A stretch of DNA of 64,000 bases from the human T2T-CHM13v2.0 reference genome, Homo sapiens, in NCBI RefSeq assembly GCF_009914755.1, contig NC_060930.1. One strand, given 5' to 3'. Below, piece after piece: positions 11,691 to 25,559 of the stretch. The position numbers and the translations under genes are program-made. Under the pieces are notes generated by a model, which saw nothing but the letters and a program-made list of their open reading frames with translations, was not told the DNA's origin and did no database searches. How positions within the stretch are numbered: the stretch's first letter is position 1; each line of letters opens with the position of its first letter.

Positions 11691-12009
11691 TGATCTTCTG
11701 AAGACAGTAACATCATTTAATTTTTGTCATTGAAATAAAAATATTTGCAAACTTAAATCTGAATTATATTGTTTGTAGTTTCTTTAGCGGAATTGTACTG
11801 AAATAAGAATAGAGAAATAAATGGCCCAAGAGTCCAGTAGATGAGAAAATCTATAAATTTACATGTCTATAACATTAACTTTATGCTTTTTCTTCAATAT
11901 GAACATGAACAGTAGCCAAAGTTTGCAGCCAAAATATTAAATAACACTTTGGAACCTGAGCTGTTTTTTATCCCAGGACCTTTACACTTGATATTAAACC
12001 AGAAACACT

Positions 12010-12350
12010 CTTCTTCCACAGCCTTACATATTTGATTCTTATTCAGCCTTCATAACTCAGCTCCAACATCACATTTTAGGGAGGTCTATGTTGATCTACC
12101 TGTATAAAACGCTTCTCACTCTTTGCCATTCATTACCCAAATCAGATTCCAATTGGCTTTATATTATATCACGGAATTTACAATTGAATAAAATGATATG
12201 TGTGTCTACTTGGGTATTGGAATTTTTAACATTCCCAACTAAATGTGTACTCCAGGAAGGACTTTGTCTTTTATATCTGAATCTCTAGTTCCTAGAAGAG
12301 TAGCTATGATATAGTAGGTAATGAATGAAGCATTTACAGAATAAATGAAG
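12010..12350 (+). mobile_element. L2 3' end
   Basis: ctcagctccaacatcac...aggactttgtctttt...tagtaggt...gaataaatgaa. Confidence 0.6.
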
Positions 12351-15254
12351 TGAAATGAAATAATGTTTAGGCTAAAACTTCTAATAAAATCACACCATTT
12401 TTCAAATTATTGAAGTCAAATACTTTTTTTACTAATTACACAATCAAATATAAAACTTTTATACATGGACCATTTTTAACTTGTTTTATGGGCCTGTTTA
12501 TTGGTCCTGATGGAAAATACACTGTCCACATTTTATTTTTCTTGGTGAATAGAATCTTGTAATTAGTTGTATCTCAGTGTCTATGATAAATGCTTACTTT
12601 CTGTCCTATCTTTTAGACCTCTTGGCCACAGAAAATATATATTTCTCTCTGATATTGGAAGAAAATATTCTGCAATTTCTTAAGCTTTTGAGATTAATTT
12701 AATTTTCTCAATCCTTAGTTCCTCAACTCAGAAACACTCAGTAGTAAATCATTTTCTATTTCTAAGAACTGTGTATGAAACAAATGAGACATTTAATAGT
12801 ATGGTACCATTTTTCAAAATCTATGCAACATTATTTTTACCATTACTAGGGAATCTTATAATTTAAGAAAAATTTAGAAACTAATTTCAATTGTATTTTT
12901 CCAAGTCTGTTAAAAGAGCTACACTTACATTAAATAATTAGCTTTTTTAATATCATGGTTATAGAGAACTGCTGCTTTAAATATGTCTCACAACATATCA
13001 TTTTAAGGAAAAACTGGCCATTGGTGCTTCATCTGTTTAGACAATATTAAGATCTTTTTCAATTTCTTGTTAAGAAATAGCTCAAGCTCTTCTTTTCTCA
13101 AAAGCACTCTTTCATTTGAGCAGAATGATACATTGGAAACAATCTTTCCCAACTTGAAATACTAAATACCAGAGTGATTATTGAGTGATGGAGTGTTTCC
13201 AATACTTTTTGTCTTGCAGACAGTTTTTTGTATGATTAATTTTTTAGTGCAGACAGAGTATTGCAATATTCTGAAGTGCAACCCCTTTCCCAATGAATCT
13301 CATAAATCTCATGCCCATTGTGGGCATGAATTATAATTGCAGATATTTCTGGTCCAAAGACAAGTACTTTTATAAGATTTGTTTTCCTTGTTGTGATTAC
13401 ATAAAAGGAGGCATTTCAGGAAGAATTGTATGGCATAGCATGACCGGCTCTGGTTAAGCGGTCTGCAAGCATTGTTTCTGATTGAAGTTGAACTTGGACA
13501 TAACAAATTTCTTCCAGGAGAGATTCACATTTAAAAAGGAATAATTCTGCCAATAATGGTGTTCTAACTTGTACTGATGAAAGTAAATACACTGATACAT
13601 TGTTTTACAAAAATAATAAGGAAAATGTTTTCTATAAGAGAAAATCATGACTTTCTAGAAAGCCTCTGCCTGAATAGTTTTTTGACATTTTTGACTCAAA
13701 TTAGGAGGACAATCTCATCTACCTTACTAGAACATTTTTTTTTTTTTTGGAGAAGATAATAATTACCAGGTTGGCATTCTAATCTGGGGTCCTCAAAATT
13801 AGGTCTCTTCAGTTGGTAACACTGGATATTTAACGTGGGAACCAGTAGTTTGAGGCACCCAAAATACAGATAACTAAAGATTGAAAAAAACATTTTCAGC
13901 TTCCAACAAAAGCTTCTGTAAATGAACATGACTTTGAAAGTATCTCAAGAAAGTGGCCTCAGAAAGATCTACTTGTAAATGGCTAATAATAACTAATAAT
14001 GTTGCAAACTTACTATGTGCTCATTTCTAGGTAAAGGAGATAAGAACTACTGGCAGTGTCATTTTCAGCACAAATATGTGCCCTCTAACATTTCGAAGAA
14101 TCTAAGAACGTAGGTTGCAGGTTTTATGTAAACATACGATATTCAGTAAGGTCCTAAATAAGAAGACAAGAAGCAAATAATTTACTAGATAATCTTTTCA
14201 AAATGTGACATAATTTAACTTACAAACACATTTAGTTTTTCCTCCTCTTAATTCAAGCTTTAATCGAAGATACATATTAAATACATGTATTTAATATAAG
14301 TAAACATCATTTGATAACTGCTTTGCTAAAAATGACTGCTTTGCTACTGAAATCTCTTGGAAAATATGTATTTTTAAAAGCTCCAATTTTGTTTAAGAAG
14401 ATTACCATGCTAGCAATTTTCTGGGACTATTTTTTTACATTTTGAATTGAGTGAAATTTGGGATACTCATTTTTAATTCTGTACATTAACTCTTGATGGT
14501 ATATTTTTGCTAATTATTTTAACCCAGATGTTTTTTATCATTCCATAATTTTATTTACTATATTGACTATACATGTTAGTAATGCTTAAATGATTTATTA
14601 TTTCTTATTTTTTTCCAGGAAGCTATAGAATAATAGTCATTTGTGTTGAAAATGGGCAAAATATTCTAAGATATCTTTTATAAGGATTTAAATTTTCATT
14701 AATAATAGCATCTATGAGGAAAGTAAGCACAGCAAGCTGTTTTGGAGGTGCAGATTTTTAATTATAAAATATTATTAACTGTTTATGAATACATAGAACA
14801 GTGCTTTAACTACAGAAAAAGTAACACAAAATTGGCATAAAACTGACATAACTCAGAAATTATAATTTATTAATAGTGCATTGTTATTCACCTTAGGTAC
14901 GTAGATGTTATGTAACTGCTAATTTTCTCTTTTAAAACTATTTTTACACTACTAAATAAATTAAAACTTTAAAATAATGTCACTATATTAAACACATACA
15001 ATTACTGGAGTTAAATTGAATCCTTGCACTTCTTGGGTATATTCTTTTCTCAACAAATTAAATCCTTGTTTTCATATTGTGCCAACCTGAAGGAAGAGGA
15101 ACGATCTATTATGTACTTTCTGATAACATTTTTAGCAATAATTATTTTTTAGAATCCCTAGCTAAAATATATCTTTTTACATAGATTTATTAATGTTTCT
15201 GCTGTGAAAGGCAATCAATACTATATAACTTTTAAAGTTTATAACATTTTAAAT

Positions 15255-15620
15255 GTATTTATTTATTTTACATTTGCTGGTTTATTGAAAAGACATTACG
15301 AAGGATATGGATGAAGAGATGTTCAGGGTGAGGTATGAGGGAAGGGGTGCAGAGTGGAGCTTCCATGTCCTCCTTGCGCATGCCACCCTCCAGGATCTTC
15401 CACGTGTTCAACTATCTGGAAGCCCTTCAAACTCTGTCCTCTGGGTTTTTGTGGAGGTTTAATTATGTAGGCATGATTGATAAAATCATTGGTCATTGGT
15501 GATCAACTTGACCTTCGGCCCCTCTCCCCTCCCCAAAGGTTGTGGGTTGGAGCTGAAAGTCCCAACACTCTAATCTGGCTTTTGCTTTCTGGTAACCAGG
15601 CCCACACTGAACCTATCAGA
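15255..15620 (-). mobile_element. MER21-like LTR fragment
   Basis: gatgaagagatg...agcttccatgtcctc...ccaccctccagg...ggcatgattgataaaatcattggtcattggtgatcaact...ctgaaagtcccaac. Confidence 0.8.
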
Positions 15621-15661
15621 CAAAGGACACACAAAATTCTGACATAAGGTTTTAAAATATT

Positions 15662-15969
15662 GACTGGACATGGTGCCTTACACCTGTAATCTCAGCACTT
15701 TGGGAGGCAGGGTGGGCAGACTGCTTGAGTGCAGGAGTTAGAGATCTGTCTGGGCAATGTGGCAAAACCCCGTCTCTATGAAAAGTACAAAAATTAGCTG
15801 GCCGAGGTGGTGTGTGCTGTAGTCTCAGCTACTCAAGAGGCTGAGGTGGAAGGGTCAATTGAGCCCAGGAGGTCAAGGCTACAATGAGCCGTGATTGTGA
15901 CATTGCACTTCAGCCTGGGTGACAGAAGAAGACCTCAGTTCAAAAATAAATAAATAAATAAAATAAAAA
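15662..15969 (+). mobile_element. AluJ
   Basis: Diverged Alu with gagcccaggaggtcaaggctac (J-type) and (TAAA)n tail. Confidence 0.92.
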
Positions 15970-18900
15970 CATAGTTACGGCTTCATGCTTAGAAATCATC
16001 CCTGCTTCCAGTACTTGTCCTAGGACCGTTGCATCAGAAAGGAGAAAGAGAAAAAAAAATTATCTTTGAGGTGATCTGGGGAAAAAAGAAAACTATGTAG
16101 TCTTTAAATCAGTGTACTCTTTCCTCAGCAAAAATTGCATAGTCATTCCACCATACTCCCCATGCCGTCTTCCCCAGATAAACCAGAAAAATAGAAAAAT
16201 CTAGTGGAGACACTCCTTTAGTCCTACTCATGTTGAATGAACACACACTTGCAAAGGCGTGTAAGCTAGCCTTTCATGCCTTTGTCTCCCTTTCCCTCTG
16301 TTTCAAACAACAATGTTTTAATTGCCAGTTCCACTTTTCTATAAAACTATTACTGGGAGAAGGATATCTCTCTGCCCATTGTTGTGACCATTCAGCATCT
16401 TTCTTAGTCTGAAGAAATGACACAGGCAATCCAAATCCACGCAATATCTTCTGCTATTTTGTTTGTTTATTTTTATTTTTGTTTTATGACACGCTGGGCA
16501 TTTTCATCTTCCACAAGGGAAGCAATGCCCACTCTAGAGTTAGTGTCTATTCCTGTCAAGATCTATTTGTAGCCCCCAGGGCTACAAGCATCAATCTCAC
16601 TTTCCAGCTGTGTTCAGGGCTTTCCCACCAAGGAATCTCCCATATAGCCATCGGCAGTCTCTGTCCCTTTTCTGAGAAATAGAAGTCTCATTAGCATTAT
16701 GTGCCTGAGATGGTACAAAAGGAACATGTTTAGGTTCAGTCCATCTCCACACTGCTTCAGCTTCCCTGAATCCACTGATTTTATGGGCCCAGGAGGCCAC
16801 ATCAAGGGAGCATATGGGGTCAATTCCAGTCACCTTCTGAATCTGGAAGGGATTCAGAATGGGCATTGGGATTCTGGAATGGGCATTGACTTATTCTACT
16901 TTAATGCACCCCTCAATTTTCCATAGGACCATGCTCCTTACAGGCATCTCTTTAATCATCCAGGTTTCCATTGTCCTCTCACCTGAATGCATAGCCAGGC
17001 CATTAGTAACTACATATAAGTCAGTAAAAACCCAAACACAGGGGCTTCTACAATTGTTCAATTCTTCCATTACTCTTAGGAAAACAGCAGGCAATTCAGC
17101 CCACTGGGCAGATCTGTTTTTACCTTGTTTGATCAAAACAGCAGCCTTCCAAACATTTACCTTGGAATTGCCATCCATGAACCAAGTAGCTTTCTGTCAC
17201 TCAGTTGAGAGCTGTTTATCAAGCTCTGTTGAATCCAGCAGTTTCTTACACAGTTCCACAGTCCATTGTAGTAGAAAAGATACTCCTTGCTTGGGGTATC
17301 TCCTCATTGCATTCCCCAGGTAGCACGATTCTTTATAAATGATTTCCATTTTATTATAGACTACTTCTGGGAACTGCCATTCCCATCAAAATGTTTCTCT
17401 GACATCACCCAAGACACTATGAGTAGTTCAAGTGTCATAAGGATAGCTTCAGCTAACACTTCACAGTAAAACAGTAAATGCCCCTCATGTTGAAACTGTC
17501 TAGTGCAAAGTATCAGTAGTTGTTTTTTGGAGGTGCTCATAGGCCTTTGCCATAATTTTAAAAATGCTTCATAAAGGACTGTTAAATGGAGAATTTGTCC
17601 CTATCAGTAACCTAGTTAGTTTCTACTCTGCACTGTGCAGACTTGGGCAACCTTACTGGTTACCATTTAGCGTGTCCAGTTAATATTGCTTGAAGGGCAA
17701 ATTGACATGCCTTCTATTTTATGGCACTAGGTAGAGAAAACATTTCCCAGTTAGATACAGTGTTCATACCCATGATACAATCAAGTAAAAGAGATGCAAC
17801 CACTTCATATGAAGTGTGTTCAAATATGCCAACTTTCATAATCCTATCAGCTCTTGCATTTTTATGCTCTAGTTCCAAGAATGTCTCTTCTTCACCCCTA
17901 GACCATTTTATACTTCCTTGTGCAAAAGGCTTTTGGTCCCCAGCCAGAGGTTGGACCAAAGGACTCTGACTCTTTTGTAAATCCTTATCTTGATTAATTT
18001 GTTGGACTATTACCCCGGGCAATTTCGGATCAGATTTCTCATTATAATCTATGCCTTCTAGCTTTTAAAAATTTCTCCAAAGTGAGGGAAATACAGCAAC
18101 CTGGTTTGGGGTCCTTTAATGTTGGGGGACTAGGAGGGGCTCCTTTGAGTTCACCAAATCTTTGATAATGTTTTAATAAGAGCTTTGTTTTAATGCCATC
18201 AATTTACATTTTATTCATCGATTTTCTTAATAACCATCTAAAGATTTCCATCTTGCTGGGATTAGTCCAATGAGTCTTCCCTTTCTTTTTCTTCTTGGTT
18301 TCACCCCTATCAATGTTTCCTTTATTTGCCTCATTTCTTTAATGACCTCTTAAAAATTTCCACTTTCCTGGGATGAGTCCTTTGACTCTTCCTTATGCCT
18401 TTTCCCTTCTCTTGTTAATTAACCTAATGTTTTAATTAACATCTGCAAGACCCTTTGGGAAAGCTGAGAATGCAGCAAATTTGATGAGGCTTCTCAAACT
18501 ATTGTTCCATTCTGCAGGAGTAAGGTCACATGGGGTGCCCAGGTAGAAGGGGTACACTTAACCACAGCATTTACCATAACCTAGGTAACAGGCATGTTCA
18601 GTGAGTGGATATCCCTGTCATCATAATGCCAGTCCTACATGGCTTGTATATGAAGCATTTTAGCTGTTCATCTGGGGTGCTCCACCAGGCAATTATAGGG
18701 GGAGTTGGGCAGTCACCTTTCTCATGGTAAACAGACCTTAAAGTAGCTTTCATTCAGTCCTCAAGGCTGGCTGTTCCCTCAGGAATAACCCCATCTGTGT
18801 CTGGATCATAGATAGCCATCTGCACTTGTTCAATAGTGAGCTGTGGGTCCTGCATCAACCTAAACATGCTTTTCCACTCTGCAGCATTTAAAACCAAAGA

Positions 18901-19020
18901 CACTGCCCCAAATTAATTATTTTTATAATCCATTTTAGAAAACGTGTTCAGGAAGTTGATTATGCCCATCTACAAATTGAAGCAATTCCTTCCTACTATA
19001 CCCTCTGGTTTTAATCGATT
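15970..19020 (-). mobile_element. ERVL-class internal sequence (MER21-int-like) with gag/pro/RNase H remnants
   Basis: Minus ORF 16891..17178 SAQWAELPAV...WVFTDLYVVTNGLA...LWK is retroviral RNase H of ERV-L type; collinear with the MER21-like LTR. Confidence 0.75.
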
Positions 19021-20214
19021 CTGAAGCCATGGCGTGAGCTATACCTTGACATCTTCCAGCCACAGCTGGAGCTGGAGCAACTGGGTGCTGGGTGCTGTGT
19101 CCCAAGATTGCACAGAGCAGCTGGGCTCTGGGCCTGGCCCATGAATCCATTTTTCCCTCCTAGGCATCCAGGCCTGTGATGGGAAGAGCTGCCAAGTAGG
19201 TCTCTGAAATGCCCTGGAGCCATTGTTCACACTGTCTTTGCTATTAATATTCAGCTTCTCTTTATGCACATTTCTGCAGGATGCTTGAATTCATACCCAG
19301 AAGATGGGTTTTTCTTTTCTACCACATAATCAGTCTTCAAATTTTCGAAACTTTTATGCTCTGCTTCCTTTTTAAACATAAGGTCCAATTTCAGACCGTC
19401 TCTTTATGAACATATATGACTATATTCTGTTAGGAGCAACCAGGCTACATCTTGAATGCTTTCCTGCTTAGAAATTTCTTCTGCCAGATACCCTAAATAA
19501 TCTCTCTCAAGTTCAAAGTCCCACAGATCCCTAGAGCAGGGGCACAATGCCACCAGTGTCTTTGGTAAAGTATAGCAAGTGTGACCCATGTTCCAGTTCC
19601 CAATAAGTTCCTCATCTCCATCTGAGACCACCTCAGTCTGGACTTCATTTTCCATATAACTATCAGCATTTTGATCACAACATTCAACAAGTCACTAGGA
19701 AGTTCCAAACTTTCCACATCTTCCCATCTTCTTCTGAGCCCTCCAAACTGTTTCAACCTCTGCCCAATTCCAAAGTCCCTTCCACATTTTCAGGCATCTT
19801 TATAGCAATTCCCTGCTCTCCTGGTTCCAATTTTCTCTTTTAGTTCATTCTCATACTGCTATAAAGAACTACCAGAGATTAGATAATTTATGAAAAGAGG
19901 TTTAATTGACTCACAGTTTCACAGACTTAACAGAATCACGACAGGGAGGCCTCAGGAAACTTACAATCATGGTGGAAGGCAAAGGGGAAGCAAGCACGTC
20001 TTACCATGTGCAGCAGGAGAGAGAGAGTGAAGGGGGAAGTGTCACACACTTTCAAACAACCAGATCTCATGAGAATTCACTCACTATCACAAGAACAGCA
20101 AAGGGGAAGTCTGTCTGCATGATTTAATCACCTCCCACCAGACCCCTCCCCTAATACATGGGGATTACAATTTGTGATGAAGTTTGGGTGAACACACAGA
20201 CCAAAACCATACCA
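19021..20214 (-). mobile_element. MSTA MaLR: 5' LTR (19836-20214) plus ~820 bp internal, 3' part missing
   Basis: gaggcctcaggaaacttacaatcatggtggaaggcaaaggggaagcaagcacgtcttac; minus ORF ENEVQTEVVSDGDEELIGNW is the MaLR internal ORF. Confidence 0.88.
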
Positions 20215-23200
20215 GTCCAACAGAATCCATTTTACTGTAGAGCTGAGATTGGCAATCTGCAGATGTTAAATGTAATTAGCAGGCGAGAGCCAAAAATTTT
20301 GAGTACTTCATGCATTTGGGTATTCTTGACAAAACTGGATGGATTTATCGTGCAATGTTCCTTGAGGATAGGTCATATTTGGAGGTTTAGGGATTAAACA
20401 TTTCCCAGTTCTTGAGGATGCTTTTATTTGAAGAACATGTTCTCTGGTATGGGAACATGATTAACTATGTGCAAAGAGAGAACAGAGAAGGGAAAAAGTG
20501 TCCCTCCTGGTTTACTTACTTTTTCCTCTGCTTATGGCAGACTGGAGTGAGCAGTGCCTTTCTGGTGTATTATAGGAGTTCCTGCACTTATGGCAGACTG
20601 GAGTGAAAAGGATCACTCATCCTAAGGGTCCCAGAATGAATCAGTGCTTGCCAGGTCCTAACCTTGGTCCCATCTTGTTTTATGGAAGTGTGGTTACTCC
20701 TCCGCAAAGAGATAAAAGAGGAGAGAAGGAAAGAAGATGGCATCCCTGCCTTATTCCCTTAAACCTGTGCCTATGGCAAACCAGAGAGAGCAAGGTGCCC
20801 CCATCCATTAATTCTTGGAGTTCTGAAATGAACTGCTGTTTACCAGGTACCCCATCCCTGGTTCCGTCCCATTTGGGGGACCAGCCTTTATCTCTGTTCT
20901 GGTGATAATCAGTTTTGTGCTTTTAGCCTGGGACCAGTCTTTATCTCTGTTCTATGAGTAATTTGGTCTCCTGTGCTTGCGGCCTTGGGCCAGCCTGTAT
21001 CCCTGTCTCCAGGACCTTGTAGTGACCTGCATCCAGAGCATCCTAGCAATGGCATGGCTTCCCATTCTCTTGCATTTCCATTTCCCAGGTCCTTTAGGTA
21101 AATGAGGGCCCTGTTCCTAGCCAGTAGCCATAAAGAGGCCAGATTTCTTTTTCCCTGTATGTACATTTGGCGATCTTTGGGCATGTTGAGAAGGAAGTTA
21201 GAAGAAGATAGGAAAATTTCATCTTCCATAGGCAATATGCAAAAGATAGTTTAAACAGGCATGGCAATCCATCTGTAATGGCTGGGAAGGGAAGGAAGCA
21301 TGACAGATGCTTGTGGGAAGCCTTTGTTTTTTTCACAGAAAAAAACAGCCTCTAGTGCCTAGGGGACAGTGCTTGTCTGCCTTCTTGAAATAAAGGAGAA
21401 GCCTCTGGAGAAACAGGGAATTTGGAATAAGGGCTCTTACTAGGCAGAGGAAAGATTGTCCCATTTCCCAAAAAGGAGCTATCCCCAGTATTGAGATAAG
21501 AGGTGCTTTTAGTGGACTATAAATGGAGGCCCTGTAAAGGTGGAGAAACCTCCTCAAGAGCCACTAGAAAATTAATCTCAGGGTGTGGTAGAGATAAAAG
21601 ATGAAGAGTAAGTAACAAAGAGTGAGTGGAGTCAGGGCTGTGGCCAGTGTTTTTCCTGACAGCCGGCCAAGAGACAGGGAACGGGCTGGAGATCATCTAT
21701 CATCCAGATTGGAGGGCTGAAATAGAGTGTAAATCTCTGGGGACACCCATAAATGTGCCTGTCTGTTGGCTGCCAAGCAGACACAACAAGAGCCTGAGTG
21801 TTCAAACAGCAAATGGGGAGTGTATGTTTCAAGCAGGAAAGGAATTCGTGTGGCACACAAAGTGAGAGCAGAGAAGAGGTTGATTTACCTCTGAGGTGAA
21901 TGGTCCAGTGAGTATGCAAAGCCATTCCAAAATATACAGAAGAGAACTCAGGAGAATAGATAGTACAGGTGTGGGTTTTGAAAAAAAGCTAATTTTAGTT
22001 GAAGAAGAAGAAGAATTCTCCAGATATTACAGAATCTAGGCTTAGCTCTACCATACTCGCAAGCCTCCTGTCTAGGAGGAGCACAGTAACTCAGATCTAC
22101 TCTTTGGGGTGTGTACCACACGGTCTTCCCACCACTGCAGGTCACCTGTCAGCATGAACTGAGAAATTAAGCAAAAGAAGCAGAGTCACTGTAGTAAAGG
22201 GGAATCATTCAGGAGAGTGATTAGTAGGGAGGTGATATGGTTTGGCTGTATCTCTACCCAAATCTCATCTTGAATTTCCATGTGTCACAGGAGGAACCTG
22301 CTTGGGGGTAATTGAATCATGGGGGTGGGTCTTTCCTGTGCTGTTCTCGTGATAGTGAATAAGTCTCATGAGGATCTAGTGGTTTTACAAACAGGAGTCT
22401 CTCTGCCATCATGTGAGACATGTCTTTGACCTTCTGCTATGATTATGTGGCCTCCCCAGCCACAAGAAACTGTGAGTCCAATAACCTCTTTCTTTTTTAA
22501 ATTGCCCAGTCCCAAGTATGTCTTCATCAGCAGCATGAAAATGGACTAATCCAGTAAATTGGTGCTAGTAGAGTGGACTGCTGCCGAAAAGATACCCAAA
22601 AATATGGAAGCGACTTTGGAACTGGGTAACGGGCAGAGGTTGAAACAGTTTGGAAGGCTCAGAAGAACGCAGGAAAATGTGGGAAACTTTGGAACTCTCT
22701 AGAGACTTCTTGAATGGCTTTGCCCAAAATGCTGAAAACAATATGGACAATAAACTCCAGGCTGAGGTGATCTCAGATGGAGACAAGGAACTTACTGGGA
22801 ACTGAAGCAAAGGTGACTCTTGTTATGTTTTAGCAAAAAGACTGGCAGCATTTTGTCTCTGCCCTAGAGATTTGTGGAACTTTGAACTTGAGAGAGATGA
22901 TTTAGAGTATCTGGCGGAAGAAATTTCTAAGCAGCAAAGCATTCAAGAGGTGATTTGGGTGCTGCTAAAGGTATTCAGTTTTATAAGGGGAGCAGAGCAT
23001 AGAAGTTCAAAAAATTTGCAGTCTGACAGTGCAATAGAAAAGAAAATTCCATTTTCTGATGAGAAATCCAAGCTGGCTGCAGAAATTTGCATAAGTAACG
23101 AGGACCTGAATGTTAATCTCCAAGACAATGGAGAAAACGCCTCCAGGGTATGTCAGAGGTTTTCACCCCAGCCCCTCCCATCACAGGCCTGGAGGCAGAG

Positions 23201-24592
23201 GAGAAAAAAGTGGTTTCAGGGATGGGCCCAGAGTCCCTGTGCTGTGTGCAGCCTAGGGACACGGTGCCCTGCATCCCAGTTGCTCCATTCATTGCTGAAT
23301 GGAGCAAACATAGAGCTAGGGCCATGGCTTCAGAGAGTTTAAGCTCCAAACCTAGGCTGCTTCCATGTGGTGTTGAGCCTGCCAGTGCACAGAAGTCAAG
23401 AATTGGGGTTTGGGAACCTCTGCCTAGATTTCAGAGGATGTATGGATATGCCTGGCTGTACAGGGAGAAGTTTACATCGGGGCAGGGCTCTCATGGAGAA
23501 ACTCTGCTAGGGCAGTGCAGAAGGGAATTGTGTGGTTGGGGCCCCCACAAAGAGTCCCTGCTGGGGCACCACCTAGTGGAGCTGTGAGAAGAGGGCCACC
23601 ATCCTCCAGACTCCAGAATGGTAGATCCACTGAGAGCTTGCACTGTGAACCTGGAAAAGCAACAGACACTCAACACTAGCCCATGAAAGCTGCCAGGAGG
23701 GAGGCTATACTCTGCAAAGCCACAGGGTGGAGCTGCCCAAGACTTTGGGAACCCACCTCTTGTGTTAGCATAAACTGGATGTGAGACATGGAGTCAAAGA
23801 ACATCATTTTGGAGCTTTAAGATTTGACTGCCCTGCTGGATTTTGGACTTTCATGGGACTAGTAACCCCTTTTTTGGCCAATTTTTCCCATTTGGAATGG
23901 CTATATTTACCCAAAGCCTGTACCTCCATTGTATCCAGGAAGTAACTAACTTGCTTTTGATTTTACAGGCTCATAGGCAGAAGGGACTTGCCTTCTTTCA
24001 GATGAGACTTTGGACTGTTGACTTTTGAGTTAATATTGAAATGAGTTAAGACTTTGGGGGACTGTTGGGAAGGCATGATTGGTTTTGAAATGTGAGGACA
24101 TGAAATTGGGGAGGGTCAGGGATGGAATGATATGGTTTGGCTGTGTCCCCACCCAAATCTCATCTTGAATTTCCAAATGTCACTGGAAGAACCTGCTGGG
24201 AGGTAACTGAATCATCAGGTGGGTCTTTCCCATGCTGTTCTCATGATAGTGAATAAGTCTCATGAGATGTGATGGTTTTAAAAAACAGGAGTCTCTCTGC
24301 ACAAACTCTCTTCTCTCATCTGCCACCATCTGAGATGTGCCTTTCACCTTCCACCATGATTGTGAGCCCTCCCCAGCCACGTGGAACTGTGACACCAATA
24401 AACCTCTTTCTTTTGTAAGTTGCCCAATCTCAGGTATCTCTTTATCAGCAGTGTGAAAATGAACCAAAACAGTAGGAGAGTGAAAAGGAGAAGAAATCAT
24501 GTATGGGGGTTGAATGCTTACAGCCGAAGACAGCAAGGTATAGCAGTGACTTACCACTAGATAGTGGATCCAAGTTAGGTGGCACCAAAGAA
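20215..24592 (-). mobile_element. ERV1 internal sequence (MER50-int-like leader/gag region), interrupted by THE1
   Basis: Contiguous with the LTR at 24593; degenerate PBS tggtgccacctaacttggat on the minus strand (~24569-24588, tRNA-His-like); gag-MA-like KEIWPLYG. Confidence 0.6.
22233..24471 (+). mobile_element. Full-length THE1 (THE1A/B-like): LTR 22233-22553, internal, LTR 24128-24471
   Basis: Both LTRs start tgatatggtttggctg; ~1.6-kb internal region; TSD ggagg/gtagg. Confidence 0.95.
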
Positions 24593-25222
24593 AGTTACTC
24601 ATGGCAAGTCCACAGTGATCTTGGCCCTTGTCTCTCAGAGGAAATATTTCAACTGAGATACCAGGCAAGTTTTAAAGTGGAGGCAAACTTTTAGTGAAAG
24701 AAGCAAAGTACACTTGGAAGATAGCTAAGAGGGCGACTTGAGAAATCAAGTGCCCTGTTCAGCCCTTGGCTTGGGACTTTTTTACATTGGCTTGGTTCCA
24801 GGGTTTTCTTTTCCCTCCCTTTGGGCAGGCTGTTGCTCAATTGATGCATGCACAGTGGCCTGCCAGCACTCTGGAAGGGCCATAGGCACAGTGTATTTAC
24901 TCAGGTTGTGCATATGCTCACTTTGGGGGTGATTTTTCCCTTACTGATCAAGCACTCCCAGACAAAGGTCACATACCAGTCAAACTCCACTATTTCGCCC
25001 CCTACTGCACGTGGTTGAGACCTTATCAGAGAATTGTGTTTTGCTGGCTCCTGATATTTTCTATCTGTTGGAGAACTTCTGTCCCTCGTGCCATCAGTCA
25101 TAGCCCCTTATCATTTCAGAGAGACAGTTTTATGATCACCTGACCATCACCTAATGAGTGGCTGCCATTGCTTAGGGCCCTCTCCTACTTTGCTCATATC
25201 TGTCTGACTACCTACTTTAACA
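24593..25222 (-). mobile_element. MER50-like ERV1 5' LTR
   Basis: Minus strand starts tgttaaagtaggtagtcagacagatatgagc...ggtgatggtcagg; aaagtacacttggaaga motif. Confidence 0.7.
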
Positions 25223-25559
25223 CTATCAAAGAGTATACCAGTGTTATTGATGATAAAAATTTAAAATTCCTATTATAGCTCTGTCATTTGTTTCTTTTGT
25301 GTTTCTGTAAACAGAAGTAAAATATAAATACTGCAAGGGTAGTCATTGTGCAAGATGATAGAGCTGAAAAGAAATACTTTCAACTTTGCCTAACATAGCA
25401 CTCAGTAGGTAAATGCTACTGGGAGTCATTTTTTTTCCCTTAAGAATTGGGCTGCCAAATTCATTATTGAGTCAGAAATATCACTGGATTAAAATGAAAA
25501 AACAAAAAGTCAAAGAAGTAAGCCATTCATGTAGAATAGAATATGCATTTTGCCTGTCT

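Noticed and set aside
12900-13700. Possible transposase or coding exon in unique-looking sequence
   Set aside because: The minus-strand translation I tried has several stops and no recognisable motif; the ORF track shows only short ORFs
22872-23587. Overlapping 145-156-aa ORFs (and 55253..55837)
   Set aside because: Frameshifted remnants of the THE1 internal ORF, not intact genes
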